Source: Candidatus Saccharimonadales bacterium (GTDB lineage: Bacteria > Patescibacteriota > Saccharimonadia > Saccharimonadales > UBA10212). From it: a DNA stretch of 64,000 nt. Numbering within the stretch: position 1 is the stretch's first letter; each line of letters opens with the position of its first letter. Position numbers and translations under genes: made by a program. The notes beneath the pieces were generated by a model. The model worked only from the letters and a program-made list of their open reading frames with translations, ran no database searches and was not told where the DNA came from. Positions 17,310 to 26,958 of the stretch are shown piece after piece. The stretch is from contig JBBDZU010000007.1 in NCBI GenBank assembly GCA_040900055.1, forward strand, positions 104,435 to 168,434. The letters run 5' to 3'.

Positions 17310-18725
17310 ATGAGGCAGGCTCTTTATAGAAAATACCGCTCAAAGAGTTTTGATGAAGTGGTTGGTCAAGAGCACATTACTGAAACTCTAAAAAATGCCT
17401 TATCGGCAGGTAAGCTCAGCCACGCCTACTTGTTTAGTGGTCCCAGGGGGGTGGGCAAAACTTCAGTTGCTAGGATTTTAGCCCACGAGGCCAACCAGTT
17501 CCCCTACAAGGACGAGACCGTTCATTTAGACATTATAGAAATTGACGCTGCGAGTAACCGGCGGATTGATGAGATTAGAGACCTTAGGGAAAAAGTCCAC
17601 ATGGCGCCAACGACCGGTAGGTATAAGGTTTATATAATTGATGAAGTCCATATGCTTACTAAAGAGGCTTTTAACGCCCTCTTAAAAACTCTAGAGGAGC
17701 CACCAAGCCACTGTTTATTCGTTTTAGCTACTACCGAAGCCCACAAACTACCCGAAACTATTATCAGCCGAACCCAGCGGTTTGAATTTAAGCAGGTTCC
17801 AGCTGACCAAATTGCCGCTCATCTTAAAAAAATCGCTAAACGTGAGAAGATCGATATATCTGATGAAGCTTTAATTTTGCTGGCAGAACATAGCGGGGGA
17901 AGTTTTCGTGACAGCATCGGCTTATTAGACCAATTAAGTTCGGCTTACAGCAAAATTTCTGAAAGTGGAGCGCGTCAAACACTAGGACTTCCGCCGCAAG
18001 AAGCTATAAATAACTTAATTAGCTTAATCACCGATGGTGATGCTCTAAGATCACTCTCGTCCCTTACACAGTTGCAAGAACAGGGCATTAACGCTGTCGC
18101 AATCTCTAAAATGCTTGGTTCAAAACTTAGACAGCAAGCCACAACTCACCCCTTAGAAGCTTGGATTTTGCCCTTTTTAAAGCAGCTACTGGCAGTAACT
18201 GCTCATCCCAAGCCCTATGACTACCTAGAAATAGCTATTTTAGAAGCGGCCAGTCAAAATCTGCAAAGCCCAAGTAATGACCCGGTTTCCTTAGCTACAG
18301 TAGACGAGTACGAAAAGTTGTCTAAGCCGGCCAAGGTCGATAAGCCGCGGCAACCAGCCAGCCCTAAAGCCGGCAGCTTTACGGAGAATGACTGGGGAGA
18401 GATTTTAGAGGTGGTAAAAACTAAGGCGACCGCTCTGTATAGAGCTCTTCGCCTGGCTATTCCAAGAATGGAAGCTAACACTCTCACCCTCTATTTCCAG
18501 TTTCCTTTGCATCAAAAAAAGGCTAATCAGCTAAAGCAGCGAGAATTGATAGGACGACTTATTGAAGAAAAATATAGCGTTAAGCTAGAGGTTAAGTGTG
18601 CGATTGATAAGGACTTATTCGAATCGCCATCAGACGCAGATGTGGCTGGGCTGGTCCCAGATGATGAAGCGTCGCTTAATACCATTAGCAATATCTTCGG
18701 TCATACCGAGGTGTTAGAATCATAA
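17310..18725 (+). CDS. dnaX: DNA polymerase III gamma/tau subunit (short, gamma-like)
   Basis: GPRGVGKTS Walker A, DEVHML Walker B and SRTQRF sensor motifs are present. The 471 aa length lacks a long tau C-terminus. Confidence 0.85.
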   Translation: MRQALYRKYRSKSFDEVVGQEHITETLKNALSAGKLSHAYLFSGPRGVGKTSVARILAHEANQFPYKDETVHLDIIEIDAASNRRIDEIRDLREKVHMAPTTGRYKVYIIDEVHMLTKEAFNALLKTLEEPPSHCLFVLATTEAHKLPETIISRTQRFEFKQVPADQIAAHLKKIAKREKIDISDEALILLAEHSGGSFRDSIGLLDQLSSAYSKISESGARQTLGLPPQEAINNLISLITDGDALRSLSSLTQLQEQGINAVAISKMLGSKLRQQATTHPLEAWILPFLKQLLAVTAHPKPYDYLEIAILEAASQNLQSPSNDPVSLATVDEYEKLSKPAKVDKPRQPASPKAGSFTENDWGEILEVVKTKATALYRALRLAIPRMEANTLTLYFQFPLHQKKANQLKQRELIGRLIEEKYSVKLEVKCAIDKDLFESPSDADVAGLVPDDEASLNTISNIFGHTEVLES

Positions 18726-18733
18726 AACAAAAG

Positions 18734-20089
18734 ATGGCTAAAACTAATACACCGCCGCAAAACCTAGACATTGAAGCCAGCCTGCTGGGCAGCCTACTAA
18801 TCGACAGCGATTCCTTTGTTAAAATTGGAGATATGTTAAAACCGGATGATTTTTTTGATGAACGCCATCGGACAATTTTTAACTCGATGCGCAAGTTATT
18901 TGACAGGCGAAGCCCGGTAGATATATTGACCTTGAGTGAGCAGTTAAAAAAAGCTGGGCAATTAGATAATGTTGGCGGCGCTAGTTACCTCACTGAGCTG
19001 ACAAATACTGTACCGACGGCCGCCCACCTTGAGCAATATGCCGAAATTGTAGCAGACAAATCGATTAGGCGGCGCTTAATTAGCGCCAGCAAAGACATTG
19101 CTGACATTGGCTTTGACGAAGACAAAAGTTTGTCGGAACTAATCGAAGAAGCCGAAACCAGAATTTTTGAAGTTAGCCAACGCCACGTTAGACAAGATAT
19201 TACTAGCTTGGAGTCAATTTTAGGTGATAGTTTTGATCGCTTAGATGACTTACACCGGCACAAGGGTGGACTACGTGGAATTCCAACTGGACTGCGGGAT
19301 TTAGATAAGCTACTAGCGGGCCTTCAGCGGTCTGATTTAGTAGTCATAGCTTCGCGACCTTCTATGGGTAAAACTGCCTTGATGCTCAATATTGCCCTCG
19401 ATATAGCCACCAAGGCTAACATGGGCTCTGTTTTAATCTTTAGCCTAGAAATGAGCAAAGAACAGCTTGTCGATAGGTTATTAGCCGCCGAAGCTGGTGT
19501 TGACGCTTGGAAACTTAGAACGGGAGACGGTCTAACCGACCAAGATTTTGAAGCTTTGAGCGCTGGTATGGGCGAGCTAGCCGAAGCGCCAATCTTTATT
19601 GATGATACGTCGGGCATAACGGTCAGTGATTTACGAACAAAAGCCCGCCGCCTCCACCACCAAAACCCTTTGGCTGCCATTATGGTGGATTACCTTCAAC
19701 TAATGAGCGGTGGATCGCGTTTTGCTACAGTGGCCAACCGCGTCCAGGAAATATCCGAAATAAGCCGCTCCTTAAAAATTCTAGCTCGGGAATTAAATGT
19801 GCCGGTAGTGGCCTTAAGTCAGCTAAGCCGATCGGTAGAGAGTCGCAGCCCGCAGATACCTCAGCTAGCTGACCTTAGAGAGTCAGGATCCATTGAGCAA
19901 GATGCCGACATTGTGGCTTTTTTGTACCGCGAAGAATATTACAACCCGGAAACTGAGAGGCAAAATGCCACGGACGTTTATATAAAGAAGCACCGTAATG
20001 GGCCTGTCGGTCATATTGAACTTTATTTTGATATGCATAAGCAGCGTTTCCGAGACCTGGACACTAAGCACGACGAACCTTTTGAATAG
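18734..20089 (+). CDS. dnaB: Replicative DNA helicase DnaB
   Basis: The N-terminal domain ASLLGSLL, Walker A SRPSMGKTAL and the RecA-like C-terminal domain are present. Confidence 0.9.
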   Translation: MAKTNTPPQNLDIEASLLGSLLIDSDSFVKIGDMLKPDDFFDERHRTIFNSMRKLFDRRSPVDILTLSEQLKKAGQLDNVGGASYLTELTNTVPTAAHLEQYAEIVADKSIRRRLISASKDIADIGFDEDKSLSELIEEAETRIFEVSQRHVRQDITSLESILGDSFDRLDDLHRHKGGLRGIPTGLRDLDKLLAGLQRSDLVVIASRPSMGKTALMLNIALDIATKANMGSVLIFSLEMSKEQLVDRLLAAEAGVDAWKLRTGDGLTDQDFEALSAGMGELAEAPIFIDDTSGITVSDLRTKARRLHHQNPLAAIMVDYLQLMSGGSRFATVANRVQEISEISRSLKILARELNVPVVALSQLSRSVESRSPQIPQLADLRESGSIEQDADIVAFLYREEYYNPETERQNATDVYIKKHRNGPVGHIELYFDMHKQRFRDLDTKHDEPFE

Positions 20090-20105
20090 GAAGCTCCGAC
20101 TAAAA

Positions 20106-21281
20106 GTGATAAACATAAAGCGTGGTCGGTTGGGCAAACCCTTACTCTTGGCCTTGGTTTTGGGTTTTGCCGCCTTTGGTTTATTTGGCTGGGGGCTATC
20201 TTCCTTAACGCCTGGCTTATCGCCTGCCGAAGCCGCTGCCAGAGTATCTAGCAGTAGCCTTGGAGCAATTGCTGGTTCACCGATAAACGCGCCCCATAAA
20301 CTTACCCAGTTGCTTTTTGGCCATATACCACTACCTGATTCAATAGCTTTAAGGCTAGCCTCAGTTGGTGCGGCTTTAATATTTACTGCCTGTTTTTACT
20401 TGCTGGTTCGGCATTGGTTTGGTAAGACCGTTGGCATCTTCGGCACGTTACTTTTTATTTCAACACCTTTGGTAATCGTTATGGCCCGTCAAGGATCGCC
20501 AGAAATTATGTACCTATCGCCATTAGCCGCAGCGGGCGCCTACTACTGGCTGATCCGGACAAAAAGACACCTCAATGCGGCCTGGTTAACGCTGTTTGTC
20601 GTAAGCGGACTTGCCTTATACACACCCGGTGTAATTTGGTGGCTCATACTTGGGGCTATCGCTGCCAGAGTAGTGTTGACTAACGGAGCAAGAAGAGTAG
20701 GCCGTGGAATTTTTTTAGGTAGTTTTGCAATACTAGCGATTATTTTAGCGCCCCTGGTGGCTGCGGTTGCCAAGGAGCCTCTAGTTTTGAAGAGCTTGCT
20801 TTTAGTGCCCTCTAAATGGCCCCAAATCCCCGAAGCACTAGAATCTATAGGAGGTATGGCAGTTGGTCTAGTTTGGCAGGCACCGTATCACCACCCTTTG
20901 ATTATTAACAAACTGCCCTTACTTGCTATGGCCCAAGTTGCTTTGGCGATTTTTGGAGCTTATGCCATGTTTGCTAAAGCTAAAAATAAAGTTTATATCT
21001 TAATGAGTGTCTTATTGCTTGGTGTGATTGCCGCCGGCTTAAACCAAAATTTAGCGATATTAGCCTTTGTCTTGCCAGTAGTTAGTTTACTGGCCGCTGC
21101 CGGGCTAAGATTTCTGTATTTAGAGTGGAAGGTTATATTTCCCAAAAATCCTTTGGCGCACATGCTCGCCATTTTTTTAATGTTGTCTTTAATAGGCGCT
21201 CACCTATTTTTTGGCGTCAGATATGGCTTAGTGGCTTGGCCGCGTAGCATGGAAACCCGCCAGCTGTACGTGCTACAATAA
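20106..21281 (+). CDS. Polytopic integral membrane protein (possibly GT-C-like/mannosyltransferase-like)
   Basis: At least 10 predicted hydrophobic helices. GTG 20106 gives a start just after the dnaB stop. The ORF-track start at 19998 would overlap dnaB by 90 nt. Confidence 0.5.
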   Translation: MINIKRGRLGKPLLLALVLGFAAFGLFGWGLSSLTPGLSPAEAAARVSSSSLGAIAGSPINAPHKLTQLLFGHIPLPDSIALRLASVGAALIFTACFYLLVRHWFGKTVGIFGTLLFISTPLVIVMARQGSPEIMYLSPLAAAGAYYWLIRTKRHLNAAWLTLFVVSGLALYTPGVIWWLILGAIAARVVLTNGARRVGRGIFLGSFAILAIILAPLVAAVAKEPLVLKSLLLVPSKWPQIPEALESIGGMAVGLVWQAPYHHPLIINKLPLLAMAQVALAIFGAYAMFAKAKNKVYILMSVLLLGVIAAGLNQNLAILAFVLPVVSLLAAAGLRFLYLEWKVIFPKNPLAHMLAIFLMLSLIGAHLFFGVRYGLVAWPRSMETRQLYVLQ

Positions 21282-21313
21282 GCCTCGAACTTCGAAAGAA
21301 AGGTATTTTTTAA

Positions 21314-21607
21314 TTGAGTAAGTTTGATCAAGCTAAATTACTGATGCGCGCTCGCAAGCTTCAAAAGGAGCTAGCCCGCGAGGTTATAGAAGTCGAGGCT
21401 GGTGAAGGAGCGGTTAAAGTTGAGATAACCGGCGAGCAGAAGATAAAAAAAATCTATATCAATCCCGAATATATTGCTCTTGATGATATTGGCCAGCTGG
21501 AAGGTTGGCTCGAGGAGGCTATTAAAGAAGCTATTTCTCGTAGCCAAAAGTTAGCCGCCGAGAAAATGCAGCCAATGATGGGAGAATTAGGTAGCCTTGG
21601 GCTATAA
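21314..21607 (+). CDS. ybaB: YbaB/EbfC nucleoid-associated protein
   Basis: TTG start, ~97 aa, YbaB-like sequence, located upstream of recR. Confidence 0.75.
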   Translation: MSKFDQAKLLMRARKLQKELAREVIEVEAGEGAVKVEITGEQKIKKIYINPEYIALDDIGQLEGWLEEAIKEAISRSQKLAAEKMQPMMGELGSLGL

Positions 21608-21619
21608 AAACAAAAATTT

Positions 21620-22228
21620 ATGGCAACTGTTATACCAAAACCGCTAGGTAAGCTAATCGAAGCCTTATCCAAGCTCCCGGGAGTGGGCCCAAGAAGCGCC
21701 GAACGCTATGCCTATTTTTTATTTAAAGCCGACCCAGCTTTTTCTGCAGATATCTCTTCAGCACTAGAAAATCTTCACAAAAAGCTTACTTATTGTCCTA
21801 AGACCTTTGCCCTAATTGAATCCGGCCAAAAAATCAGCCCCCTTTATAGTGATCCCAAGCGGGATAAAACGACGGTGGCAGTAGTGGCCGATCCGTTCGA
21901 CATTGTGGCCCTAGAAAGAACTGGTAGCTTCAGTGGTACTTATCACGTTTTAGGAGGACTAGTTTCGCCTATAGATGGGGTCGGGCCAGAACAACTTCGC
22001 ATTGAAGAGCTTTTAACTCGCGTTGACAAAGATAAAGTAAAAGAGCTAATTTTAGCCACTAATGCTAGCGTTGAGGGCGAGACAACAGCACTTTTGGTAA
22101 TGCAAAGAGTCGGCAAACGACCAGTAAAAATCACTAGAATCGCCAGAGGCTTGCCGGTTGGAGTTGACCTAGAATATGCCGACCAGATCACTTTAACTAG
22201 AGCTCTAGAAGGTCGCCAGAAACTTTAG
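21620..22228 (+). CDS. recR: Recombination protein RecR (zinc-finger cysteines largely absent)
   Basis: LSKLPGVGPRSAERYAYFL HhH region and a Toprim domain are present. Only one Cys sits in the usual C4 region. Confidence 0.85.
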   Translation: MATVIPKPLGKLIEALSKLPGVGPRSAERYAYFLFKADPAFSADISSALENLHKKLTYCPKTFALIESGQKISPLYSDPKRDKTTVAVVADPFDIVALERTGSFSGTYHVLGGLVSPIDGVGPEQLRIEELLTRVDKDKVKELILATNASVEGETTALLVMQRVGKRPVKITRIARGLPVGVDLEYADQITLTRALEGRQKL

Positions 22229-22262
22229 ACCCATCCGAAACTAGGCTATAATTGGCGCTGAA

Positions 22263-23273
22263 GTGACCACTTATCCAGAAGCCGAAGAAATCGGTAAGCT
22301 TATAGATGCGGCTAAAGCAATTGTCGTCGTTCAAGCAGATAATCCCGACGGGGACTCCTTGGCTAGTGCCTTAGCTCTAGAGCAAATATTGGGTGACCTA
22401 AAAAAGGACGTGGTCTTATACTGCGGCGTTAATTTGCCCTCCTACCTAACTTATTTGCCAGGTGCTGACCGGGTTGTTAATGAGCTGCCTAAAAAGTTCG
22501 ATTTGAGTATTATCGTAGATACTAGCAGCGACAGCTTGCTTGAGCAGCTTAATCACCAAGGCTCCAAAAGCTGGCTGGCAGCCAAGCCGTCGATTGTCAT
22601 TGATCACCATGCAACTGCGCCAACCATTAGTTTTGCGGCAGTGATTTGCAGCCACCCAGCAGTAGCCTCAGCAGAAGTTATTTATGAGCTAGCTAAAGAC
22701 TTGGACTGGAAGCTAAATTCCCCGGCGAACGAGTTTTTAGCCATAGGCATATTAAGTGACAGCTTAGGACTAACAAGCGAGGCTACTACTCCGCGGTCTA
22801 TTCACATTGTGGCCGAATTAGTAGAGACCGGTGTTAGCTTAGCAGCTTTAGAAAGTGCTCGGCGAGAAACTATGCGCCGAGAACCAGAGTTAATTCACTA
22901 TAAAGGCCGGTTGCTTCAGCGAGTCGAATTTTACGATGATAATCGTATTGCCATGGTTACCATTCCTTGGGACGAAATTGAAACATATAGCCCTGCCTAT
23001 AATCCACCGATGCTGGTTATTGACGATATGCGGCTAGGCAAAGGCACAGACGTAGCCATTTGCTTTAAGCTTTACAAAGACGGCAAGATTACTGCCAAAA
23101 TTCGCTGCAACTACGGTAAGGGGATTGCCGATAAATTAGCCGAACACTTTAGAGGGGGCGGGCACCCCTATGCTGCAGGGTTTAAAATTACTAATGGGCG
23201 AACACCGGAGGATATTAAACAAGAAACCATAGATATCACCTCAAAGCTACTAAAAGACCTAGAAAAAGACTAA
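22263..23273 (+). CDS. DHH/DHHA1 phosphoesterase paralog (NrnA-like)
   Basis: DHH motif (IVIDHH) and DHHA1 motif (FRGGGHPYAAG). GTG start. Confidence 0.75.
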   Translation: MTTYPEAEEIGKLIDAAKAIVVVQADNPDGDSLASALALEQILGDLKKDVVLYCGVNLPSYLTYLPGADRVVNELPKKFDLSIIVDTSSDSLLEQLNHQGSKSWLAAKPSIVIDHHATAPTISFAAVICSHPAVASAEVIYELAKDLDWKLNSPANEFLAIGILSDSLGLTSEATTPRSIHIVAELVETGVSLAALESARRETMRREPELIHYKGRLLQRVEFYDDNRIAMVTIPWDEIETYSPAYNPPMLVIDDMRLGKGTDVAICFKLYKDGKITAKIRCNYGKGIADKLAEHFRGGGHPYAAGFKITNGRTPEDIKQETIDITSKLLKDLEKD

Positions 23274-23279
23274 GACTTG

Positions 23280-24707
23280 ATGCTAAAAATCTATAACTCG
23301 CTAACTAAAGAAATAGAGACATTTAAGCCAATCATTAGCGGTCAGGTTAAGCTATATAGCTGCGGTCCAACAGTTTATGAGCGTGCCCACATTGGTAATT
23401 TGGCGTCTTTTATTTATGTAGACACTCTAAGACGCACACTCGAAACTTCTGGTTATAAAGTTAAGCATGTCATGAATATTACCGACATCGATGATAAAAC
23501 AATTGCCGCCAGCAAAGCCATTTATCCTGAGCTGCCTCCGACGGAGGCTTTATCAAAGCTGACAAAGAAATATGAAAAAATATTCTTAAGCGATCTTGAG
23601 GCTGTAGGAATTGATACCGATAAAATTAGTTTCGTAAGGGCCACTGAAAATATTGAATCTATGCAGACTTTAATTTTAAAGCTGCTAGATAAAGGTTTCG
23701 CCTACCAGGCTGCCGACGGAATTTATTTTTCAATTAATAAATACAGAAAGGCCGATAAAAAGTACGGGCAACTCGTAGAGCTGAGCGTAGACCAAACCCA
23801 CATTGCCAGAATCAATAATGATGAGTACGACAAAGATGAAGCAAGCGATTTTGTCCTATGGAAAGCCCAGAAAGACCACGAGCCAGCTTGGGATTTTAAG
23901 CTACCAGATGGCCAAAATCTTATAGGTCGGCCAGGTTGGCACATAGAGTGCTCGGCCATGAGTGAGAAATATCTTCACATACCCTTTGATATTCATACGG
24001 GCGGTATTGATCTAAAATTTCCTCACCATGAAAACGAAATTGCCCAAAGCACAGCACTGGGGAGCGATCGCCTGTCTAACATCTTTTTCCACAACGAACA
24101 TATGTTAGTAAATGAACAAAAGATGAGTAAATCGTTGGGTAATTATTACCATTTGGCTGATATTACTAAAAAAGGTACTGATCCTTTAGCCTTTAGGCTA
24201 TTGGTTCTACAAAGCCATTATCAAAAACCTAGCAATTTTAATTGGGAAGCACTGGAAGCAGCTAGTAACCGTCTTAAATCATATCGAGCTTTTGCAGATA
24301 TTAGACACCAGCCACTGCTTGAAATAAATATAGTTAGTGCCAATAAGAACGAAGGGTTCGAGCAAACATATGAAGGAATGAGTAGCGGTCTGGTTAGGGA
24401 AGCCAGCGAAAATTTAGATACTCCGAGCTTATTCGCTTTCCTAGATTCTTATATCAGTCGTGTAGAATCAACAGGCTATAATCAAAAATATTTTCAAAAA
24501 TTCCTAAAAACTATTGATGACTTGCTCGGTCTTGATTTATCAAATAGGCCAGACATCTCGTCAACTCAAAAACAATTTATGAACGAACGAGAAGATGCGC
24601 GAAAGAATAATGATTGGTCAAAAGCCGACGAGCTAAGAAAAAAGCTATCCAGCGAAGGAGTTGAAATCAACGACACCCCAGCGGGCTCAATTTGGTACCG
24701 TCCTTAG
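23280..24707 (+). CDS. cysS: Cysteine--tRNA ligase
   Basis: HIGN motif (HIGH-like) and KMSKSLGN motif. CysS-like length. Confidence 0.9.
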   Translation: MLKIYNSLTKEIETFKPIISGQVKLYSCGPTVYERAHIGNLASFIYVDTLRRTLETSGYKVKHVMNITDIDDKTIAASKAIYPELPPTEALSKLTKKYEKIFLSDLEAVGIDTDKISFVRATENIESMQTLILKLLDKGFAYQAADGIYFSINKYRKADKKYGQLVELSVDQTHIARINNDEYDKDEASDFVLWKAQKDHEPAWDFKLPDGQNLIGRPGWHIECSAMSEKYLHIPFDIHTGGIDLKFPHHENEIAQSTALGSDRLSNIFFHNEHMLVNEQKMSKSLGNYYHLADITKKGTDPLAFRLLVLQSHYQKPSNFNWEALEAASNRLKSYRAFADIRHQPLLEINIVSANKNEGFEQTYEGMSSGLVREASENLDTPSLFAFLDSYISRVESTGYNQKYFQKFLKTIDDLLGLDLSNRPDISSTQKQFMNEREDARKNNDWSKADELRKKLSSEGVEINDTPAGSIWYRP

Positions 24708-25795
24708 GGTATGTCGTTTGGGGTAGGCTTACTCTGCGAGCGCTGCTCGAAATAATCTTCTAGCAATACTTTGATGGCACCGGCCGCCGGAATTGCCACT
24801 ATGGCCCCCAGTAAACCGCCAAAGCCCACCCCAATAAGAGCTGCCATAAAGACAGTCATGGGCGACAGCTGGGTAACCTTGGACTGAACATACGGCTGAA
24901 GCGTCAGGTTTTCGATTTGCTGATAAACAATATAGTAGATGAGCATCACGATTCCGAGCGTTATAGAGTTAAGCAGGCTAAAGATAACTACAATTGCGGC
25001 CGACAACACTGTACCAAAGAGCGGAATCAATGATAATACAGCCACAATACCGGCCAGAGCCAGCGCGTTAAGCGATACGTTAAGGATGCTGCTGGCCAAG
25101 GTTAAAGATATAAAAGTCATGGCTCCACCAATGGCTGCCATTATCACTTGGCCGTTCACAAATCCGGTCACTGACCGATAAATCTTATGGGCAATTTTTT
25201 GATGACGTTGACGGTTTTTATCCGGCGAGAGCTTCCAAAATAGTTTTAGCCATCTGGGACCCTCAATCAACATCATAAAGGTTAAGGCTACCACGGCTAA
25301 AATCGATACCACGACACTAAGTATCTTACGACCGGCATCTAAGGCCGCACCGCCAAAATCACTATAGCGATTCGATAAGTTGTTGGCAGTCTCACTTAAT
25401 TGGTCATCTAGATCGTATCTTTCTATTAGCCTGGATAGGCTAGTGTCGCTAGCCTGAAAAGTCCTTACGGTCTGGGGGACCTCTTGAATAAACTCTCGAG
25501 TTTGGCTAATCAGCGGCGGAATGATTAAGGCCAAGAAGCCAGCCAGGAACAGGATAACCGTCAAATAAGCCACGGCAGTCGCCCGAACGCGCGACTTAAT
25601 TCTAAGCCGTCGAGAGGTCCAGCTGACTATAGGATTAAGAGCTAGAGTTAAAAACATAGCAGTGAAGATAATTGTAAGGACTGTACTAACTTCACTGACG
25701 AACTTAAAGAACAGTATTGCGGCCGCCACCCACAAGATACCCCGCACAATTGTACGGTTACTGATGTTTACGGTTACGTTACCGCTAGGCTTCAT
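24704..25795 (-). CDS. AI-2E family transporter (PerM/UPF0118)
   Basis: Eight-TM topology with the conserved C-terminal region typical of AI-2E. Confidence 0.75.
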   Translation of the reverse strand: MKPSGNVTVNISNRTIVRGILWVAAAILFFKFVSEVSTVLTIIFTAMFLTLALNPIVSWTSRRLRIKSRVRATAVAYLTVILFLAGFLALIIPPLISQTREFIQEVPQTVRTFQASDTSLSRLIERYDLDDQLSETANNLSNRYSDFGGAALDAGRKILSVVVSILAVVALTFMMLIEGPRWLKLFWKLSPDKNRQRHQKIAHKIYRSVTGFVNGQVIMAAIGGAMTFISLTLASSILNVSLNALALAGIVAVLSLIPLFGTVLSAAIVVIFSLLNSITLGIVMLIYYIVYQQIENLTLQPYVQSKVTQLSPMTVFMAALIGVGFGGLLGAIVAIPAAGAIKVLLEDYFEQRSQSKPTPNDIP

Positions 25796-26958
25796 AGTTT
25801 ACCTCGATTATGTCGACTTTTAGCCCTTTTGGCAATTGCCTTCGAGTAAATCTGCAAAATTCGTGGCCCGATGACATCAACATCATATTGCCTAACAACG
25901 TCTCGCTGCCAAATATGCAGTCGATGAGCCAGCAGGTTATCGGACAGCAGTTTGTATAACTGTGCGGCAAAGGCAGCGGTTTCTTTTGGCTCGATAAGCA
26001 AGTCTTTTTGGGGGCCCATGACACTACGGTAGCCGGGATTGCCCCCTGCTAGGACAACACCGGAGCCAGCAGCCATAGCTTCTAAAAGCACGATTCCAAA
26101 ACTTTCGCCGCCGGTAGATGGGAAGCAAGCTATGTCGGCGTTAGCTAAAAGCTTGGTCTTTTCGGCTTCGGTGACAAATCCCCTAAAAGTAACGGCTTTT
26201 GATACACCCAGCCGTTTAGCCTTACGAACAAGCTTGGCTTTATCGGGCCCGTCACCGGCAATAATTAGGCGGGCATCGGGCAGTTTCTTGTGAACTTTAG
26301 CAAAAGCTTTAAGCAAATAGCCGCAGCCTTTTCGTTCAACTAAGCGTCCCAAAAAGACTACTTGTCGCCTTGGCCTGGAAAAATATTTAGGCAGTCTATT
26401 AAACTGGCTTAGGTCTATCACGTTGGGCACAACCTCGCTCTTTAGACCAAAGGCTTTTTTGGCAAAAGCCGCCGCTGGTTCGCTGACGCTGATAATTTTA
26501 TCAAAGCGCCGAAGGCTACGACCGTAGCTGAGCTTAAGCAGACGGCTACCGGCAGAGACAGTCCGGCCGGCTGGGAAGATATGAAAAGTACCGATTACAG
26601 CCGGATGCGGGCCGGCTAGTTTGATTACCCGATTGGCAAAAAACGGTGAATGCGGCATTTGAACGTGTAAAACATCAAAATCTTCGGCCCTTAAGGACCT
26701 TAGGATTGGGGCGGGACTAGCGGGCAGGGGGACAGAAAGCCGATTCCCATTAAAATCAACCACTATGTTTTTAGCTAGGCTATAGACCTTGCCGCCGGCA
26801 TGTTCGGGCAAGTGTGTTTGGCCAACCAAATAGCGTACGTCGTGCCCCTGGGAGCTTAGCCAGCTGCCTAATGTCTTGACATAGGTAGCTACGCCTGCAG
26901 GGCTGTCTAGGCTATCGTCAAAGACGAAACCGATTCTTAGGGCGGATTCTTTTTTCAT
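25792..26958 (-). CDS. Glycosyltransferase family 4
   Basis: ESFGIVLLEAMAAGSGVV E-x7-E motif in a GT-B fold. Confidence 0.8.
   Translation of the reverse strand: MKKESALRIGFVFDDSLDSPAGVATYVKTLGSWLSSQGHDVRYLVGQTHLPEHAGGKVYSLAKNIVVDFNGNRLSVPLPASPAPILRSLRAEDFDVLHVQMPHSPFFANRVIKLAGPHPAVIGTFHIFPAGRTVSAGSRLLKLSYGRSLRRFDKIISVSEPAAAFAKKAFGLKSEVVPNVIDLSQFNRLPKYFSRPRRQVVFLGRLVERKGCGYLLKAFAKVHKKLPDARLIIAGDGPDKAKLVRKAKRLGVSKAVTFRGFVTEAEKTKLLANADIACFPSTGGESFGIVLLEAMAAGSGVVLAGGNPGYRSVMGPQKDLLIEPKETAAFAAQLYKLLSDNLLAHRLHIWQRDVVRQYDVDVIGPRILQIYSKAIAKRAKSRHNRGKL

Noticed and set aside
19998-20105. Upstream extension of the membrane-protein ORF overlapping dnaB by 90 nt
   Set aside because: The overlap with the highly conserved DnaB C-terminus is implausible. 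An in-frame GTG at 20106 sits right after the dnaB stop.
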